Shown piece after piece: positions 23,202 through 37,125 of a stretch of DNA of 64,000 nucleotides (positions are counted from its first letter, which is position 1; the number at the start of each line of letters is the position of its first letter). Made by a program: the position numbers and the translations under genes. The notes beneath the pieces were generated by a model that worked only from the letters and a program-made list of their open reading frames with translations, was not told the origin of the DNA and searched no databases. Origin of the DNA: Elsinoe ampelina (lineage: Eukaryota); NCBI GenBank assembly GCA_010093995.1, contig ML992506.1:430832-494831 (forward strand). The letters run 5' to 3'.

Positions 23202-23631
23202 CTGGGGGAAATGTGAGAGGGGGGACTTACTCGGTGGGAGGGGGACCTACGGGACATTGGTGCGGTGGGGGCTCCGGGGGACAGGTACAGGGGAGGTTGT
23301 GCCTGGCGGAGTGGTGAGAATGGGGTTGGGGATGGTGGAAGGGCGAGAGTGTGTGATGGAAGAGACATGCGATTCCACGTGCTTGGGGAGATACAGTAGC
23401 GGAGCTATGGCCCCCTGTTCATCTCGCAGATCGGGATCTTTGTCGAGGTGATGCGATGATGACATTTGGTCAACGCCGATTTGTCCGGTGCGGGGCCCAA
23501 TCAGGAGCTGGCCAATGCAAGTGATGTCGACACACCGATCTCATACATAATCGAGGTGAAGGCATCACGGGTTCAGTTTTTGCTTGTACATCTTCATTGA
23601 GGACTTTGTCAAGTATTCTTGCAGTTCTTTC

Positions 23632-25501
23632 ATGCACTTTCTCCGCCCATTGAGTCGTACTGCATTTCAGCTCCAGAAGATCAGCAAAAGCTACCCCACA
23701 GTACGGAGACAGCTGTTTAGCAGCTCGATTAGGAACATGGCGACCGAGTTTAAGATCAAGGGCTTGACTAGCTTGGACCTGAAGAATGGTGATAAGCAAG
23801 AAGTCGAAGTCGAGGGTATTGAGGGTGGAAAAGTACTGCTGGTGAAGCTCGACGACCAGGTACACGCTCTCAACTCAAACTGCACTCATTATGGAGCTCC
23901 ATTGGCCAAGGGCGTCCTTACACCAGAGGGACGGTTGACCTGTCCATGGCATGGAGGTATGTATTGTATCTCAATAGGAGGATAGACATGCTGACTTGGC
24001 TAGCTTGCTTCAATGCCCGCACCGGCGACGTCGAAGATGCCCCAGCTCTTGACCCTCTGCACAAGTTCAAGGTCACCCAGAAAGATGGCGGGGTGTTCGT
24101 CTCGGCAGAAGAGAAGCAGGTCAAGGATCAGAGGAGAAAGTTGAGCATCAAGTGCTCACCAAAGAAGCAAGAGAAGATTGTTGTGGTGGGAGGGTGAGCA
24201 TACTTCTTCGGACACAGAGGACAAAGTGCTGATCATACAATAGCGGTGCTGGTGCTCTTGCAGCCGTCGAGGCGCTCAGGAGTGAAGGGTTTGATGGTCC
24301 CATCACCATGATCTCGAGGGAAGGCGTCCCACCTATCGACCGAACGAAGCTTTCCAAGGCGCTCCTTACCGACGCAAGCAAGGCGGCCTGGAGGGACGAG
24401 AGCCACTTCAAGGAGGGAGGTGTCGATCTTGTGTACAGCGAGGTCACTTCAGCTTCGTTCGCCGATCGCGAAGTCTCCACTTCGGACGGCAAGTCGTACG
24501 ACTACTCCAAGCTCATCCTGGCCTCTGGCGGCACCCCACGATATCTACCACTCGACGGTCTCAAGGGTGACCTCAAGAACGTCTTTGTCCTTCGCTCATT
24601 AGAGCACACTCAAGGTATCATGAAGGCAGCTGGAAGTGACGGAGGCAAGAAGATCGTGGTCATCGGTAGCTCCTTCATCGGCATGGAGGTTGGCAACTGT
24701 CTGGCAAGTCAAAAGCACGACGTGACTGTCGTTGGTATGGAGGGCGCACCGATGGAAAGAGTCATGGGTTCAAAAGTCGGATCGATCTTCCAGAAACTAT
24801 TGGAGAAGAATGGCGTCAAATTCTACATGAATGCGTCGGTCGAAAAGGCTTCTCCTAGCAAGTCGGACTCCTCGTACGTCGGAGCTGTCCACCTCAAGGA
24901 TGGAACGACGCTAGAGGCAGACATTGTTGTCGAAGGTGTCGGTGTTCGACCAAGCACCGACTACCTGTCTGAATCGAAAGAGGTGCAGCTTGAAAAAGAT
25001 GGCAGCATATCCGTCGACGAGCACTTCTCAGTACCAGGACAGAAGGATGTCTACGCCATTGGAGATATCGCCACCTACCCATACTACGGCCCAACTGGAA
25101 AGGGCAAGCCGGTTCGCATCGAGCACTGGGATGTGGCTCAGAACGCTGGTCGCGCTGTGGCCTCGCACATTCTCAACGGATCAAAGAGCCCCAAGAGCTC
25201 ATCACGACACTTTATTCCAGTCTTCTGGAGTGCGGTCGGTGCTCAGCTAAGATATTGCGGGCACACTCCAAATGGCTACGACGATGTGATCATCCAGGGC
25301 AAGACCGATCCTGATGGACCTAGCTGGGTGGCCTACTACACGCTCGGTGACGATGTTGTGGCCGTAGCAAGCATGATGAAGGATCCATACATGACACAGA
25401 GCGCAGAGTTGATGAGAAGAGGCGCAATGCCCGGCAAGTCGGAACTGCAAGGAGGAAAGGACATTATGGAAGTTCAGGTTCCTATTGCGGCGCGCATCTA
25501 A
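23632..25501 (+). CDS. AIF-like Rieske [2Fe-2S] + FAD/NAD(P) oxidoreductase
   Basis: Rieske motifs CTHYGAPL and CPWHGACFN (intron 23957-24003), VVVGG|SG (intron 24194-24243), IDRTKLSK, VIGSSFIGME, YAIGDIA and RIEHWDVA. Alternative start at 23737. Confidence 0.9.
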
Positions 25502-26436
25502 GCAATGACGAGACGGCCGACAAATTGTTAAGGCGCCTGGGCATGGCGATAGTGGTATAGCATCAGACATTTGCATAAAATTTCACCGATGACAGATACA
25601 TATGAACTATGGAGCTTTGTAGTCCGTGAAACATGCCAAGGCACAGGCGCCAACGAGAAGATGCAAGTGGCAGCGGTTTTAACCAAGCCGCCTGCAGGTT
25701 TAACCAGAATGCGGCGCACAAGGCTCAAGCGCGTGTGCCTCCCGTCGTTGAAAGGTGCCCCTCAATCTATCTCTTCTCTGTGCATCCCACGGAGCAATGC
25801 CGGCTGATCATGTCACCACTCGGAAGATCGACTCTACGACTCAAGCATTCGCACCATCTGTCAAAACGAGACGGGCCATGGTCCGATTTCTACGCCCGGC
25901 CCGCTGGGCCGTACCAGAGCCATGGTACGATGCGTTGAAGCAATCACGAGGAATGAACAAGTCATTTTCGTCAATCAGGGACCATCCTTCGAAATCGCAT
26001 TTAGCCGAGCCGCCGCATTGAGAACGGAAGAATTGACCCCAAATTGAGCTCCTCAGCTCCATCAGAACCATTGATGAGCCTCTCAGGCGTGTCGTCTCAG
26101 AACCTGAACGCTCCCGGAGATGTCTCCTCCGCGCCTGTTCGGTGCATCCTCGACTCCACCGACAGACACTCATCCCGTCCAGCAAATTCTCCAGGGTGTA
26201 CCTCTTCCGTACACGTAGATATTCCACCTGCCTCCGACCCTGTTCCTCTTCGACTCAGACGCTCCCCCTCGAGTACAACGAGAGAAGGAACATATATATA
26301 ACCGCCCACAATAGCACTCACCTTCCACTTCCTCTCGCAACTCGCGTCTCTGTTCCCCCCGCCTCCTCCCCCAGGGTCCACCACAACCCCTCCCCCGCAC
26401 CATCTGCCCCTCCACCAAACACCACCAACCAACAAA

Positions 26437-27990
<1,554 letters not shown>

Positions 27991-29298
27991 AAGAGCATCC
28001 GCGCACGGAGGGAGCTTATTATACAGTAGCTGCATGAACGAGCAAGATTGCCCGCCAGTCGGGAGGCGCGGATGGGGGTGGTGAGAGCCAGGGCCAGGGC
28101 CAGGGCCACGACGCTATTCGAGTCACGCACCGGCAAAGTTTCGCAGGCGAGGCAAAGACCAAGGGCGTTATTATTGACCGGGTGTTCTTGTGTATGCAGG
28201 ACCAATGTAAGATTCAAATGAAACATGCATAGACGAAGTTTCAATGCAGCATAGCGTCGACACGGAGCACGCTTCTGGAAAAATTCGCATTGTTTCTCGA
28301 AGACGGTCGTGTCGTTTGCAAGACTGCTGCCCTCCTCAGCTGTCTACGAATGACCTCGGTCCTCCGCAGACGCAATCCCATTCGACACAACTCCACTTCA
28401 GGCTTCAGCTCCGAAATCGTTCCCTTTGCTGCGGAAACACCCGCCCAATCTCCCTCCCTTCCCTCGACGATGTCGGACGATCCCATTTTCAATCACGCTG
28501 ACTACTGAATTATTTCCCACGTTTCTTCGCTCCGTCTGCAGGCAGGCAGGCCAATCTTTTCGCCCAGCCCACCAGCCCAGGCCCTTGTCAGAAACAACTC
28601 TCCCGGCCCAGGACAAGATTCCACTACAGTACTCTCCCCCGTTTCGGTCTCGGGTAGCCTTATCTGCAGCATATCGGGTCCGTTCCCTACGACCTCCACT
28701 TTTCTTGCGTTCCTCGCTGCGCAGACGCTCGTGCTGTAGTAGCTCGCATCTTTATCTGCGGCCGCGCCACTTGCGTTTGGGTTCGCGAGCGTGTGCCCGA
28801 TCGTGGTTTCTCGTCGCTTGAGGGGGAAATGGCGTTTTATGCTGAGAAGCTGGGCATTCCTTGTGTCTCCCAATTCGCTTTGTTGCACTGAAAGCAGTGG
28901 GAATACTGGGGTCCGTCCATGTGGCTGCCATGCATTGTGTGCGCGAAGGGGGGGAGCTATCTAATGCAGGCCCAGGCCAGGTATCTATCTACCGAAGGAG
29001 ATCGCGTTTTCCTTTTTTTCCCCCCCTCCCGTCTCACTGCTACTCGTGGATCGATCTGTCGCGGCTTTTGTGTAAGAGGTGTTTGTCACTTTTGGTTTCG
29101 TCATTGGGATTCTTGTATCTCACTTGACACATACGGCTGGCTATCAGATCTGGATTACTGGCACGTCACTGGCGCAGGGTCTCGAGGTGTTCCGGTCCAG
29201 GGACCCTTGCTAGCGATAAACCTACAACGAGTGTGCATCTATAAGGACGAACCGTGCCCGGGGTTTCCTGCAGGGTGGATCTTTGTGACATAGCAAGG

Positions 29299-30996
29299 AT
29301 GAGCGTTTCCGACGACGAGAAGAAGGCGCCAGAAGGCCATCATGGGGCGCTTACTTACAACAAAAATGAAGCAGATGAGGGTGTCATCATCAATGCGTCG
29401 GGTCACAAGCAGGAGCTCGATCGGTATGTGACACGGCAGCGGCGGCAGCGTCAAGGAAAACACACTTACATGTGACCAGGAATTTCTCCCTCCTTTCCAT
29501 GTGCGCCGTCGGCATTGTGACGGGTAATGCATGGGCAGCGCTCGGTGGTTCCATCTCCCTTGCCTTGTTCAACGGAGGTGCTCCCGGCGTCATCTACGAG
29601 TTCATCGCCGTTTCCGTCTTCTACTGGATCATCACCGCTTGCCTTGCCGAACTCGCCAGCGCCATCCCTTCCAGCGCCGGCGTCTACCACTGGGCATCCG
29701 TGACCGGTGGCCGCAAATGGGGTAAGAGCCTGAGTTGGTTCGCCGGCTGGTGGAACTTCTTTGCCTGGGTCTTTGGCGCAGCATCCCTCTCCAGCATCCT
29801 CGCCAACCAGGTCATAACCATGTGGATGCTGTTCCACCCAGACTACACCCCTCAACCCTGGAACGTCTTCATCGTGTACGTCCTCGTAACCTGGGCCTGC
29901 ACCGCCACCGTCCTCTTCATGAACAAACAACTCCCCGCCCTCAACAACGTCATGCTCTTCCTCATCCTCGCAGGCGTCTTCATCACCATCCTCGTCTCGG
30001 CCATCATGCCCTCCACCACCGGCTCCGGCTATGCCACCAACCGCGCCGTCTGGAGCGATTGGCAAAACGGCACCGGCTGGCCCGACGGCTTCGCTTTCGT
30101 AGCAGGCATGCTCAACGGCGCCTTCGCCGTCGGCACCCCCGACTGCTGCACCCACCTCGCAGAAGAACTCCCCCGCCCGCGCACCAACATCCCCAAAGCA
30201 ATGGGCATCCAAATGGCCACCGGCTTCCTGACGACAATCTGCTACATCATCGCCATCTTCTACTCCATCAACGACTTCGCGGGCGTGACCGACGCCGGCT
30301 TCCCCAACCCCCTCGGCGAAGTCTACCGCCAAGCCACCTCCTCCCGCGGCGGCTCGTTGGGCCTGCTGATCGTCATCTTCCTCCCCACCCTGGGGACTTG
30401 CATCGGCGCCTACATCACCGCGGGCCGCATGCTGTACACGCTCGCGCGCGACGACGCCACGCCCTTTCCCGCCTGGACGAAGCAGATCCACCCGCGGCAC
30501 CGCAACCCGTTCAACGCCACGCTGGTGTGCGCCGTCATTTGCACCGTGCTGGCGGCCATCCAAGTGGGCAACACGACGGCGTTTGCGGCGTTTGTGGGCA
30601 GTTTCGTGGTGCTCACGACGGCGAGTTTCGTGTGTGCCATCGGGCCGCATTTGCTCACTGGGCGCAAGTACGTGGTGCCTGGACCGTTTTGGATGCCCAA
30701 GGCGGTGGCGACGCCGTTGTTGGCGATTGCGAATGCGTACATTGTGTGTTTTATTGTGATTTTTTGTTTCCCGGCCGCGTGAGTATATCCTTGAAGACAT
30801 TTTGGGGGGAATAAGGGGCTAATGATGTGGTAGGTTGCCTTTTGATGCGGCGACGATGAATTATGTGTCGGTTGTCATTAGTGGGATTACCTTGTTCATC
30901 TCGATATGGTGGTTTGTCAAGAGTAAGAGTGGCTATGTTAGTCCGACGGAGCAGGTGATGAAGAGTATGGGCGTGGTGGATGTGGATGATCATTAG
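29299..30996 (+). CDS. Amino acid/choline/GABA permease (APC superfamily, ACT family)
   Basis: NASGHKQELDRNFSLLS, LAELASAIPSSAGVYHWAS, HLAEELPRP and ARDDATPF. About 12 TM segments. Introns 29424-29479 and 30779-30833. Confidence 0.92.
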
Positions 30997-31249
30997 CAAT
31001 TAGTGCCGCTCATGGATGTGGGTGGTGTTTTTGATTCTCTTGAAGATGGGATAGAGGAATAGAGATTTTGTTCGTCTGTGATCTGTATCAACAACGCAAA
31101 GGACAAGACATCGAATTATCTGCGTATGGTCTTGACAGACCCACTGCCGTCCTTCACATCAGTTATCTTTTCAGGTCATCCTCAACCATACCACGTGCTC
31201 TGCCATGCCATGACCTCGGTGTCTCACCCAAGGGTTCAGCCTGAAGTGC

Positions 31250-31335
31250 CCCCACCGGAGCAACCGGGAAAAGTGGTAGGGTCTCGAGGCTCTTTTTTGG
31301 CAAAAGAAAGCTTCCAAATTTACCCCACCGCGGGG
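31250..31335. promoter_or_regulatory. Two back-to-back pairs of CreA/Cre1 consensus sites (SYGGRG) upstream of the polyol dehydrogenase
   Basis: CCCCAC/CCGGAG at 31250-31260 and CCCCAC/GCGGGG at 31323-31335, about 215-300 bp upstream of ATG 31549. Confidence 0.4.
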
Positions 31336-31548
31336 CAGTGAGCCAGGGAGAGGTGAGTGCTCGGTGAGCTCATATTTACTGGAATTCGACCGACAATTTC
31401 TTTACCCTTGTCGTTTGCACTTGTCCTTGTCGTTGCACTTCGAGAATCTGATCCAGGAATCCACACGAGTAGCACTGTTCGCAGAGCACAAGAGGAGCAC
31501 ATTCTACACCATCGACGAGCAGGTATCACCAGACTCGGCACTGCAAAC

Positions 31549-32694
31549 ATGGGCAACGAGGTACGCACACACTCACAGATCCTCCCCTCCCCCCCTTCAC
31601 CTCTCCCCATCTCCACACTAACCTCACCCCAGCCAACCAACCTCTCCTTCGTCCTCCAAAAGCCCCTCTCCGTCACCTTCGAAGACCGGCCCCTGCCCGA
31701 ACTCACCCCCTCCACGTCCAAAGACGTAATCGTCAACGTCAAATACACCGGCATCTGCGGCTCGGACGTGCACTACTGGCAACACGGCGCCATCGGATCC
31801 TTCATCGTCAAAGCGCCCATGGTGCTGGGCCACGAGTCCTCGGGCGTCGTGCACAGCGTGGGGTGCGACGTCAAGACGCTCAAGCCCGGTGATCGCGTGG
31901 CCATGGAGCCCGGTGTGCCGTGCAGGTCGTGTGTGAGGTGCAAGGAGGGCATGTATAACCTTTGTCCTGATATGAGGTTCGCGGCGACTCCGCCTTATGA
32001 TGGGACGCTGGCCAAGTATTATCGTCTGCCGGAGGATTATTGCTTCAAGTTGCCCGAGGGGGTGCCCTTGGAGCATGGTGCGTTGGTGGAGCCGTTGGCG
32101 GTCGCGGTCCATATCGCGAGGACGCAGGCGGATGTCAAGCATGGGCAGAGCGTGGTGGTGTTTGGGGCGGGACCCGTGGGGTTGTTATGTTGTGCGGTCG
32201 CCAAGGCGTTGGGGGCGAATAAGATCGTGGTGATTGATATTAATGAGGAGAGGTTGAAGTTTGCGAAGAGCTATGCTGCGACGCATGCGATCGCCAGCCA
32301 GAGGGTGTCGGCAGAGGACATGGCGAAGAGGTTGATCGAGGAGGCGGAGCTGGGGAGTGGTGCTGATGTGGCTATCGATGCGAGTGGGGCTGAACCGTGT
32401 ATTCAGACGGCCATCCACGTGCTGAGGACAGGTGGGACCTACATTCAGGGCGGCATGGGGAAGCCAGACATCACCTTCCCCATCATGGCCATGTGCGCCA
32501 AGGAGTTGAACGTCAAGGGCAGTTTCAGGTACGGACCTGGTGACTACCAGCTGGCGGTGGAGCTGTTGGGTTCCGGAAAGGTCAGCGTCAAGGAGCTCAT
32601 CACCGGACAGGTCTCGTTCCGGGATGCAGAAAAGGCATTTGAGGATGTCAAGGCTGCCAAGGGTATCAAGATCTTGATCGAGGGCCCAGAATGA
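31549..32694 (+). CDS. xdhA: Zn-dependent xylitol/sorbitol dehydrogenase (D-xylulose reductase)
   Basis: MGNE, then an in-frame 72-nt intron (31561-31632), then PTNLSFVL. Motifs GICGSDVHYW, GHESSG, CRSCVRCKEGMYNLC, GAGPVG and GSFRYG. Confidence 0.9.
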   Translation: MGNEVRTHSQILPSPPSPLPISTLTSPQPTNLSFVLQKPLSVTFEDRPLPELTPSTSKDVIVNVKYTGICGSDVHYWQHGAIGSFIVKAPMVLGHESSGVVHSVGCDVKTLKPGDRVAMEPGVPCRSCVRCKEGMYNLCPDMRFAATPPYDGTLAKYYRLPEDYCFKLPEGVPLEHGALVEPLAVAVHIARTQADVKHGQSVVVFGAGPVGLLCCAVAKALGANKIVVIDINEERLKFAKSYAATHAIASQRVSAEDMAKRLIEEAELGSGADVAIDASGAEPCIQTAIHVLRTGGTYIQGGMGKPDITFPIMAMCAKELNVKGSFRYGPGDYQLAVELLGSGKVSVKELITGQVSFRDAEKAFEDVKAAKGIKILIEGPE

Positions 32695-33012
32695 GCTCTC
32701 GCAGGGCTGAGTTTTTCCGGCAGAGAAGGAAAAGCCGTTGTGGATTGAGCTGTATCGCACGTTTGTGGATTCACTAGCGCCATGGTTTGGCTGGGTGGTG
32801 TGTGCGAGGTGTCAACGGTTCTTGACCGGCGCGGCTTGTCAGTGATCGGGGTTGATATCAGAGTGAGCATTTGATGAGCGTGCTAGAGGGGGGGACCACG
32901 GAGTGGCTGACGGGTGTAAAGTATATTGAAGATAATTTTGTAATTGGCCATCGGGCATGACAGATTGATAGAATTGATTTTTTGATTGACGGCCTTGGTA
33001 TGCGACCTTTTC

Positions 33013-33708
33013 TTAGGCCATTTCACCCGTTGCTCTGGTCCAGATCTCGACTAGAGGTCCATTGATGCCGTGGACAGGATCCGTCGCCGGCACGGGGAGG
33101 GAGCTTGCTGTTATTGCTTTCTCATGTGTTTCTTGGGCATCTGCCTTGCACCAGTTGTTGTCCCAATGAGGTGAACCCTAGTGGTGTCAGATCTCATGGC
33201 AGGTCAACGCATACTTGCGAGATCGATGGCAGGGACGAAACACATGCAAAGGACGGTAGGCAGATATACAGTGGCGTTATGAAGAGAATGGTATGGAAAC
33301 GTAGAAGGCTCTCACCCTTGGATAGACCCCGATGTACGCAAAGTCATCACTGGACCTCAAATTGCAGTGAGCCACTCCAGCAGGTTGAATGACCAGATCG
33401 CCAGCTTCAAGATCTAGCTCGATACCAGGGACATCATCGTCCAAGGGTCCCTTGCCGATAAGGTATCGGGTGGTTCCATTGAAGATGGCATAGCACTCGT
33501 GCGTAACGGTGTGGTAATGATGAGTAGGATAGTGCTTGAATGTGCCGCCGTGAATCCAATCATTCTTCTCTAGTGCTGCTATGGAAGAAGCCTCATTACG
33601 TGGCCTCGGCAGGACATTTCGATAGATCAGGACTGGCAGCTTCGAATTGGGTACGTGAGCGGTCGGAGTGAGATGGTAGATCTCCGGACTGACGTTCTGG
33701 AATGCCAT
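33013..33708 (-). CDS. Cupin-fold protein (YjlB-like)
   Basis: PNSKLPVLIYR, HHYHTVTHEC, GDLVIQPAGVAH and GVYPR. An intron (33315-33178) joins to GSPHWDNNWCK..DPVHG..GPLVEIW and a stop. Confidence 0.85.
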
Positions 33709-35304
33709 GACCCGTGTTGAACTGGTCTGGACACAAGCTGGTATATGTGGCTGTCAATTAAGCAGTAAAAGATAGCGGTGCAGATCGGATTGTCTAATGT
33801 CGAAACTTGGTAAGCGTTGCAGCGTCTCAGACGAGCTTAATCCCCTTAACCATCACCACGCTCTTCTGGAATCAACCCGATCACCAAAATGGGCTCCCCC
33901 AGAGGTCTCACTCGGAACGAGGCCGTCGATCGAGGCCGTGACTGCCCTGGATGAGAACGTTTGATCTTCAGAGACCTTGATCTCGACACTCGAATATTGG
34001 TATCCACAGGACGGAATCGTCAACAGCCAAGACGGACGCGATGCAATACTCATCAGGATTATGCATCATGATAGGATTGGATCTACCGCAAGAGAAAACC
34101 GAGACGATCAAGTGCTCCCCATCTACTTCACCCAATGATCAAGCTATACCATGACGACGACTCGGTCCGGCTCTTGTACCGTTCGACGCCATCAGTACAT
34201 GGCTTGACACAGGCGACGGCATGGTGTCAGAAAAGCCAATGACGGGCCTTGTATCACCACGGCATGGCGTAGGCAGTGGGGGAATATTGAAGTTACTAGT
34301 CGACGGGACGTTTTGGACAGACGGGCAGTTTGCATACGCCGTTTCAGCCTGGCAGATGCAGGTCCACCAGCATGGACAGTCCATTTGGAATGTCGGGGAC
34401 ATTCTCTCTCATGGGCGGCATACGACTGGCTGCAGCTACGACGAGTATCAACGTTGGCTGCCGTTGCAACGCTTCTGGAACGCACATGCCCAACTCAGCC
34501 CATGATCCAGATACGGCGAGCCTGTAGAGTGACAGTGCTCGACCGTTGACTCGACGGTGACCAGCAGTGTTCACTTGTCCGATGAGGAGGGCGGTTTATT
34601 ACCTGACGTCCACCTCGTCACTCTTCAAGTCGGGTTTGCTCCAACAAGCAAGGTTTCAGAACCTAACATCCGACTTGTAAGACTGTCAAAGGGTGCTGGG
34701 AAGTGTAGTTGAACAGGCTGGACAAGAAGGATAGACAGGGACCAGCCGAAAAGACAACGAGGCTCGCTCAGGTTGCCTGACCGACGACGAAACAGCAACA
34801 GCCAAAGTCATCTACGGCTGCAGCTACAGCTACAGCTACAGCTCCGGCGGATCACTGCACGGCAACACTCGACTGCCCAGCAATTCACAGAGCCTCGTCT
34901 CGGAATCACATCATCACATCTCAGCTGCAGCATCTTCGATTCTTAAAAGTTCCTGGTCACTCTCGGGCATCATCTGCATCCGGTGCCTTGTTTCCCAATT
35001 TGTCGGCTGACTCGGGCGCGCATCACGCATCACGCTCTAAAATCGACCAGGTCCAGTGACATCAACAACCTTGACCGGCCAACTTCAGCCCGTCGACTCG
35101 CAACGAGAAGAAATACTGGTGGATTGACTCTCCCCTCACTTCTTCAATAATCATCGTCTTCACAGCATGATTGTCTAAACGACAGCATCGACCACAGACA
35201 GCATCCTTTGGTTGATCTCATTGACTCCTTCGGCTAGCCCCGGACTCTTTTGACCACTGCATCCCCGCATTTTCTGGTTTCTGGCAAATCATTCAACCGC
35301 AGAC

Positions 35305-37125
35305 ATGGCCTCGTTAACCTTCCACAACCTCAACACAAACATCAACCCTCTACTCTCAAATCCTCCAGCTCAAAGAGCGCCTGCTCCACCACCACCGCAG
35401 GTCGAGGAGCCAGCTCCTACCCCCGAGGCAGAGGCCGAGCCCGCTCCAGCGCCAAAGAAGCCAATATGGCAGGCCAGTGCAGCTCGTCCGGCTATGCAGC
35501 CAAAGAAGAACACCGGTCAAGGTGTGCTCGCTGCGACTGCGGCAAAGGCACTCGCTGGTCACACCCGTCTCCAAAAGCAAGGCTCAGCTTCTTCTCTCAC
35601 CCTCTCCAACTTCCCCATGCCCGGCCAGGCAATGGCTTCCATGCTCCAGCAGCGCAGTCAAGACGGCCTCCTCACTCCTGATAACGAGAAGCAAATGAAT
35701 GGTCTCGGCATCCATCAATCGCGATCCATGGCACAGCTCACTTGCTGGTCATCCAATTCTCGCGCTGGCTCTGCTCGCTCAGTAGGCAGCGGTGGATCTG
35801 GCAACAAGGTCGGCAACTCACTTGGCGATGGTGTTGGCTTCACGTTCAAGGGAACCACAAATTTCGTCCATCCCAACAGACAGACACCGCGTACATACAA
35901 TTCGAGGTCGCAGAACGCGTCTCAACGCAGTCTCGCTTATGAGCATGAAGAGGATGACGTCGTGGTCGAGCGCATGAACAGCGTCACTTCCGACGGTGGC
36001 TGGAAGTCTGGCTGGTCTGTCAACAACGGATCCGTCTCTGGCCCATCGGTGGGACCTGATGGTCAACCTCTTGACGAGGGTAGCCCGACCACGGCAGCTG
36101 CCGAAGATCTCGCCCCCGAGGATGAGATCCCCGACACCATCGTCGAGGAGGCCGACATCTCGCCCAGCCGCGATGTCTCCCCAGGCCGTATCGCCACTCC
36201 CACCGACTCCTCGTCGAATAGCTCTGCCAGATCTGGCCGCGGCCTCCGATCAAGGAAGTCGTCCCTCAGTATCCGTCTGCGATCAAAGGACAACGACGAC
36301 GATTCGTCACCAACCTCACCCGTCCGCAGCTCTTTCGATCGCGCTCTCAACCTCCTCTCCAGCAACCGTACCGTCGAGCTCGAAGACCCGCTCACCCGTC
36401 GCGCCAGCATCGCCGCCGCCCGCCGTGCCTTTGAGGAGAAGGAGGCTGCCAAAGACCGCAAGGCCGCCGAACGCGAGGCCAAGCACGAAGCCCGCCGTCG
36501 CAAGTCCGACGTGCACGAGCGTCCCCTCTGGCACCGCCGTCGCCCTTCCAACGCCGTCGACTCCGCCGTCGACTCTTCCGAGGAAAAGTCCCCCACCTAC
36601 CAGACCGCCCGCAGCCACTCCATCTCCCGCTCGCATTCCATCGCGCGCAGTAACAGCATCAACTACTCCCGGCCCCTCTCTCCATCCGACGACGACGTCG
36701 ACCCCCTCTCGCGAGTTCCAGAGCAGGACTCCACCCCGGAATCCGCCAACTTCCCCGCGTACGACGAGCAGTCCAAGCCCAACCACTCCCTCTTCACCGC
36801 GGCCTACCAAGACGATTTCCCACAGGAATCCCACGGCGGCCTCTTCCCCCCCATGCGCACCACCCCCACGGAAGAAGTCGAGGCAGACCAAGGCGGTCTG
36901 TTCCCTCCTCCTGCGCCCATCCAGTCCGGAGCCATATACAACATCGACGGCAAGATGTACGATGAGTTCGGCATGCCAATCCACCAGGTCGTGGTACCTG
37001 GTCGGGGAGGCGAGGATACGGATAGTATCGATTCGCGCGGGAGGAGGATGAGTAAGACGAAGCAGGCAAAGGGCAAGTTGAACAAGTTTAGTGCTTGGGG
37101 GAAGACGAGGTTGTTGAGGGTTTAG
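35305..37125 (+). CDS. Hypothetical, largely disordered S/P/R-rich protein with a short coiled coil
   Basis: 606-aa single-exon ORF with FVHPNRQTPR and ARRAFEEKEAAK segments and coding-like codon bias. Confidence 0.75.
   Translation: MASLTFHNLNTNINPLLSNPPAQRAPAPPPPQVEEPAPTPEAEAEPAPAPKKPIWQASAARPAMQPKKNTGQGVLAATAAKALAGHTRLQKQGSASSLTLSNFPMPGQAMASMLQQRSQDGLLTPDNEKQMNGLGIHQSRSMAQLTCWSSNSRAGSARSVGSGGSGNKVGNSLGDGVGFTFKGTTNFVHPNRQTPRTYNSRSQNASQRSLAYEHEEDDVVVERMNSVTSDGGWKSGWSVNNGSVSGPSVGPDGQPLDEGSPTTAAAEDLAPEDEIPDTIVEEADISPSRDVSPGRIATPTDSSSNSSARSGRGLRSRKSSLSIRLRSKDNDDDSSPTSPVRSSFDRALNLLSSNRTVELEDPLTRRASIAAARRAFEEKEAAKDRKAAEREAKHEARRRKSDVHERPLWHRRRPSNAVDSAVDSSEEKSPTYQTARSHSISRSHSIARSNSINYSRPLSPSDDDVDPLSRVPEQDSTPESANFPAYDEQSKPNHSLFTAAYQDDFPQESHGGLFPPMRTTPTEEVEADQGGLFPPPAPIQSGAIYNIDGKMYDEFGMPIHQVVVPGRGGEDTDSIDSRGRRMSKTKQAKGKLNKFSAWGKTRLLRV

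Noticed and set aside
22552..23451. 299-aa plus-strand ORF opposite the peroxiredoxin
   Set aside because: Its Pro-rich then Gly-rich composition just mirrors the skew flip. The minus strand carries the real motifs.
29466..30814. Long antisense and alternative-frame ORFs over the permease (444 aa minus, 359 aa plus)
   Set aside because: Shadow ORFs caused by strong third-position C/G bias. They are low-complexity R/H/P or G/V/D sequence with no motifs.
31357..31548. 64-aa N-terminal extension of xylitol dehydrogenase in the ORF track
   Set aside because: It starts at GTG and has no family resemblance. ATG 31549 plus an in-frame intron explains the gene.
34818..34843. (CAGCTA)n short tandem repeat
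   Set aside because: An ordinary intergenic microsatellite of about four units.
35996..37051. 351-aa alternative-frame ORF inside the 606-aa gene
   Set aside because: A P/S/T/R-rich frame shadow of C-ending codons.
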